A stretch of DNA of 27,059 bases from a virus (taxonomy: Duplodnaviria > Caudoviricetes), in IMG/VR virus record IMGVR_UViG_3300006115_000058, positions 1 through 27,059 of that record. One strand, 5' to 3'. Below are positions 25,343-27,059 of the stretch, one piece after another. Numbering within the stretch: position 1 is the first letter of the stretch; every line of letters starts with the position of its first letter. A program made the translations under genes and the position numbers. The notes below the pieces were generated by a model. It did no database searches. It was not told where the DNA came from and saw nothing but the letters and a program-made list of their open reading frames with translations.

Positions 25343-26176
25343 TCAGTCTTCAGTGCCCGGCGCACCTTTGCACTGTGCCTTCTTAGCATCTGCAGTCTTC
25401 TTTAGGTCGACTGGCCAAACTGCTGCGGCAGGCTTGGTCTTATCAACACCAGCTGGTACTGGGAAGCTGATACCTGTTGCTGTTTCGATGCTAGCGATGC
25501 TAACCAAATGTGCTGGTAGATCGATAGGCTGCGAAGCTACTTGTGGGAAAGTAAAAGCTAACACCTGCTTAGTAGCATTGTTAATCACGATCTTGTAGAG
25601 ATAGTCTGGAACAACCACCCCACCTCCGATCGTCTTGCTCTTGCCTACAGTATAGATGTTACCTGCATAGATCGTGTATGCCTGGTTGTTACCGTATGCC
25701 CAAGCACGGACATCGCTCTCAAGAGCCTTCCAAATACCACGATTTAGATTTGGTAGCTGCGGACTCATGTTTGACATCAAGAATGATTCAAACTCGACCT
25801 GGGTATCCCAGCTCATATCACCATCCGGAGCCAAGTGGCCCTGATCGTATCCTGAGCCTGCATAGTCGTTTGGCTTAGCACTGCTTGCACCTAATGCAGC
25901 GTCAGCAACGAACGCATTGGTACGAGCAACGCATCCAATAGCGTGTGCAGGTGTTAGTGTATATGCTACCCAAGCTGGAATCTTGGCGGCATTGTCGTGT
26001 TGTAGTGCGTATGCAGTATTGCACTTTACAACTGTGTTTGCTTTATTTAATACTGGCGCACCATATGGAACCTGTGCTGCGCAAGCTGTGATTGGCTGAT
26101 TAGGCTTTTGGTCCCAAGCATATGCTGAACCGATTACGCCCAAAAAGACTGCTGCTGATAAAATTAGTGTTTTCAT
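25343..26176 (-). CDS. DNA/RNA non-specific endonuclease (NucA/EndoG beta-beta-alpha-Me family) with a signal peptide
   Basis: YDQGHLAP (DRGH-type motif), SNMSPQLPNLNRGIWKALE and VPDYLYK. The true start is ATG 26176 after AAGGAG. MKTLILSAAVFLGVIGSAYA is a Sec-type signal with an A-Y-A cleavage site. Confidence 0.92.
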   Translation of the reverse strand: MKTLILSAAVFLGVIGSAYAWDQKPNQPITACAAQVPYGAPVLNKANTVVKCNTAYALQHDNAAKIPAWVAYTLTPAHAIGCVARTNAFVADAALGASSAKPNDYAGSGYDQGHLAPDGDMSWDTQVEFESFLMSNMSPQLPNLNRGIWKALESDVRAWAYGNNQAYTIYAGNIYTVGKSKTIGGGVVVPDYLYKIVINNATKQVLAFTFPQVASQPIDLPAHLVSIASIETATGISFPVPAGVDKTKPAAAVWPVDLKKTADAKKAQCKGAPGTED

Positions 26177-26265
26177 AAGAACTCCTTTTCTGATAAGTAT
26201 ATTTATGATTAAAATACTAGCAGATATCCAGATTAGGATTAAGGAAACATTTGAAAATGTTGATC

Positions 26266-27059
26266 TTACAGATCTTTGGATTTTTCCTGGGGTAAACTGG
26301 CCGGTTTGGATTGATCGCCGCTGGTTCGAGGACGAGCAGTCATAGCAGATTTTAGTTCTTGTATTGCCCGGCCTGCGTTCTTGTCTTCGTAGTGTATACC
26401 TATTCCTCCAGCAGCTTCCCAAGCACGTATGTTCTTACCGAAATCATCTATTAATATGTTAGGAGTACCGTCAGCTTGTTTAGCAAACTGTGGTTTATTA
26501 TGCGTGACGTGTACTTCATCTGGACTAAATCCAGATAGATACTTTTGTACCCAAGCTCTCTTCTGCGGTTCACAATTAGGATCTTTACCTAGTGGACTAG
26601 TGCAGATATCATATTTGCCAGCGAACTTTTTAACGGCGCCTAATAATTTAGGAGCATTTGGTAATGGCTTTAGATCGATCCAAAAGGTAGGATGCTCTCG
26701 TATTAGATCCAATGCTTTTTCCGGATCTTGGATTTCTTTCCAATGCCCCACACCGACCATTCGATTCCAGTCGCTAAAGAAATCAGCTAGCACGCCATCC
26801 ATGTCTACATAAACTTCTGGTTTGCCTGTGCCTATTACTTCAGTTACTTTTAAACCTTTATGAACTTTGCCCTTGTCTGCAGGATATATTTTATCTTTAG
26901 TCGTTGGTAACTTTTTAGTACCGTAGATGCGTCCTAGTTCGATGGTATGCTCGGCTAGCAACTCATTTAATTTTTCTACATCTGTGTTTGGCTCAGTTGC
27001 AACTTGCTGAGGTGCCCCTGTTGATGCAGCATCGACTGGGGTAATTTGCGGAGGTCCTT
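26266..27059 (-). CDS. 3' part of a larger protein ending in a HAD-family 5'(3')-deoxyribonucleotidase-like domain
   Basis: VYVDMDGVLADF (HAD motif I), ICTSP, K and ILIDD. The frame stays open from 27057, so the start lies outside the window. Confidence 0.85.
   Translation of the reverse strand, partial: GPPQITPVDAASTGAPQQVATEPNTDVEKLNELLAEHTIELGRIYGTKKLPTTKDKIYPADKGKVHKGLKVTEVIGTGKPEVYVDMDGVLADFFSDWNRMVGVGHWKEIQDPEKALDLIREHPTFWIDLKPLPNAPKLLGAVKKFAGKYDICTSPLGKDPNCEPQKRAWVQKYLSGFSPDEVHVTHNKPQFAKQADGTPNILIDDFGKNIRAWEAAGGIGIHYEDKNAGRAIQELKSAMTARPRTSGDQSKPASLPQEKSKDL

Noticed and set aside
26177-26422. 82-aa N-terminal extension of the nuclease shown in the ORF track
   Set aside because: It overlaps the upstream gene and the promoter region. 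The SD and signal peptide point to ATG 26176.
953-26812. Numerous + strand and nested alternative-frame ORFs of 60-164 aa
   Set aside because: They are shadows of well-supported minus-strand genes and have no recognisable motifs or RBS.
1-27059. tRNA or rRNA genes and stop-codon recoding
   Set aside because: Intergenic gaps are short with no cloverleaf seen, and genes are full length under the standard code.

Overview
This window is a 27-kb segment of a large tailed dsDNA phage with T4-like replication and late-transcription features. All genes are on the minus strand except one HNH endonuclease. The left part (1-10.4 kb) holds a family B DNA polymerase and a sliding-clamp-like gene, followed directly by a 7-deazaguanine DNA-modification cluster: a TGT-fold DpdA-like transglycosylase, a QueD-like protein and FolE. 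A GT-B glycosyltransferase and several unknown ORFs sit inside that cluster, making it a candidate system for a sugar-decorated deazaguanine base in DNA. A free-standing HNH cassette appears to have replaced the 3' end of folE, leaving the old 3' end as a relic at 65-135. The right part (10.4-27 kb) is a late module: a 965-aa protein built from shuffled short modules, four fibre-like proteins, small basic proteins with a shared N-terminal motif, a signal-peptide-bearing non-specific nuclease and a HAD nucleotidase domain cut by the window edge. Visible regulatory signals include three near-consensus sigma70 promoters, a TAAATA late-promoter motif lying 5-6 nt before six start codons (probably leaderless mRNAs), twin GCCACAA-loop hairpins before the polymerase and one strong terminator. 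All product calls come from motif recognition by eye; no database searches were run.
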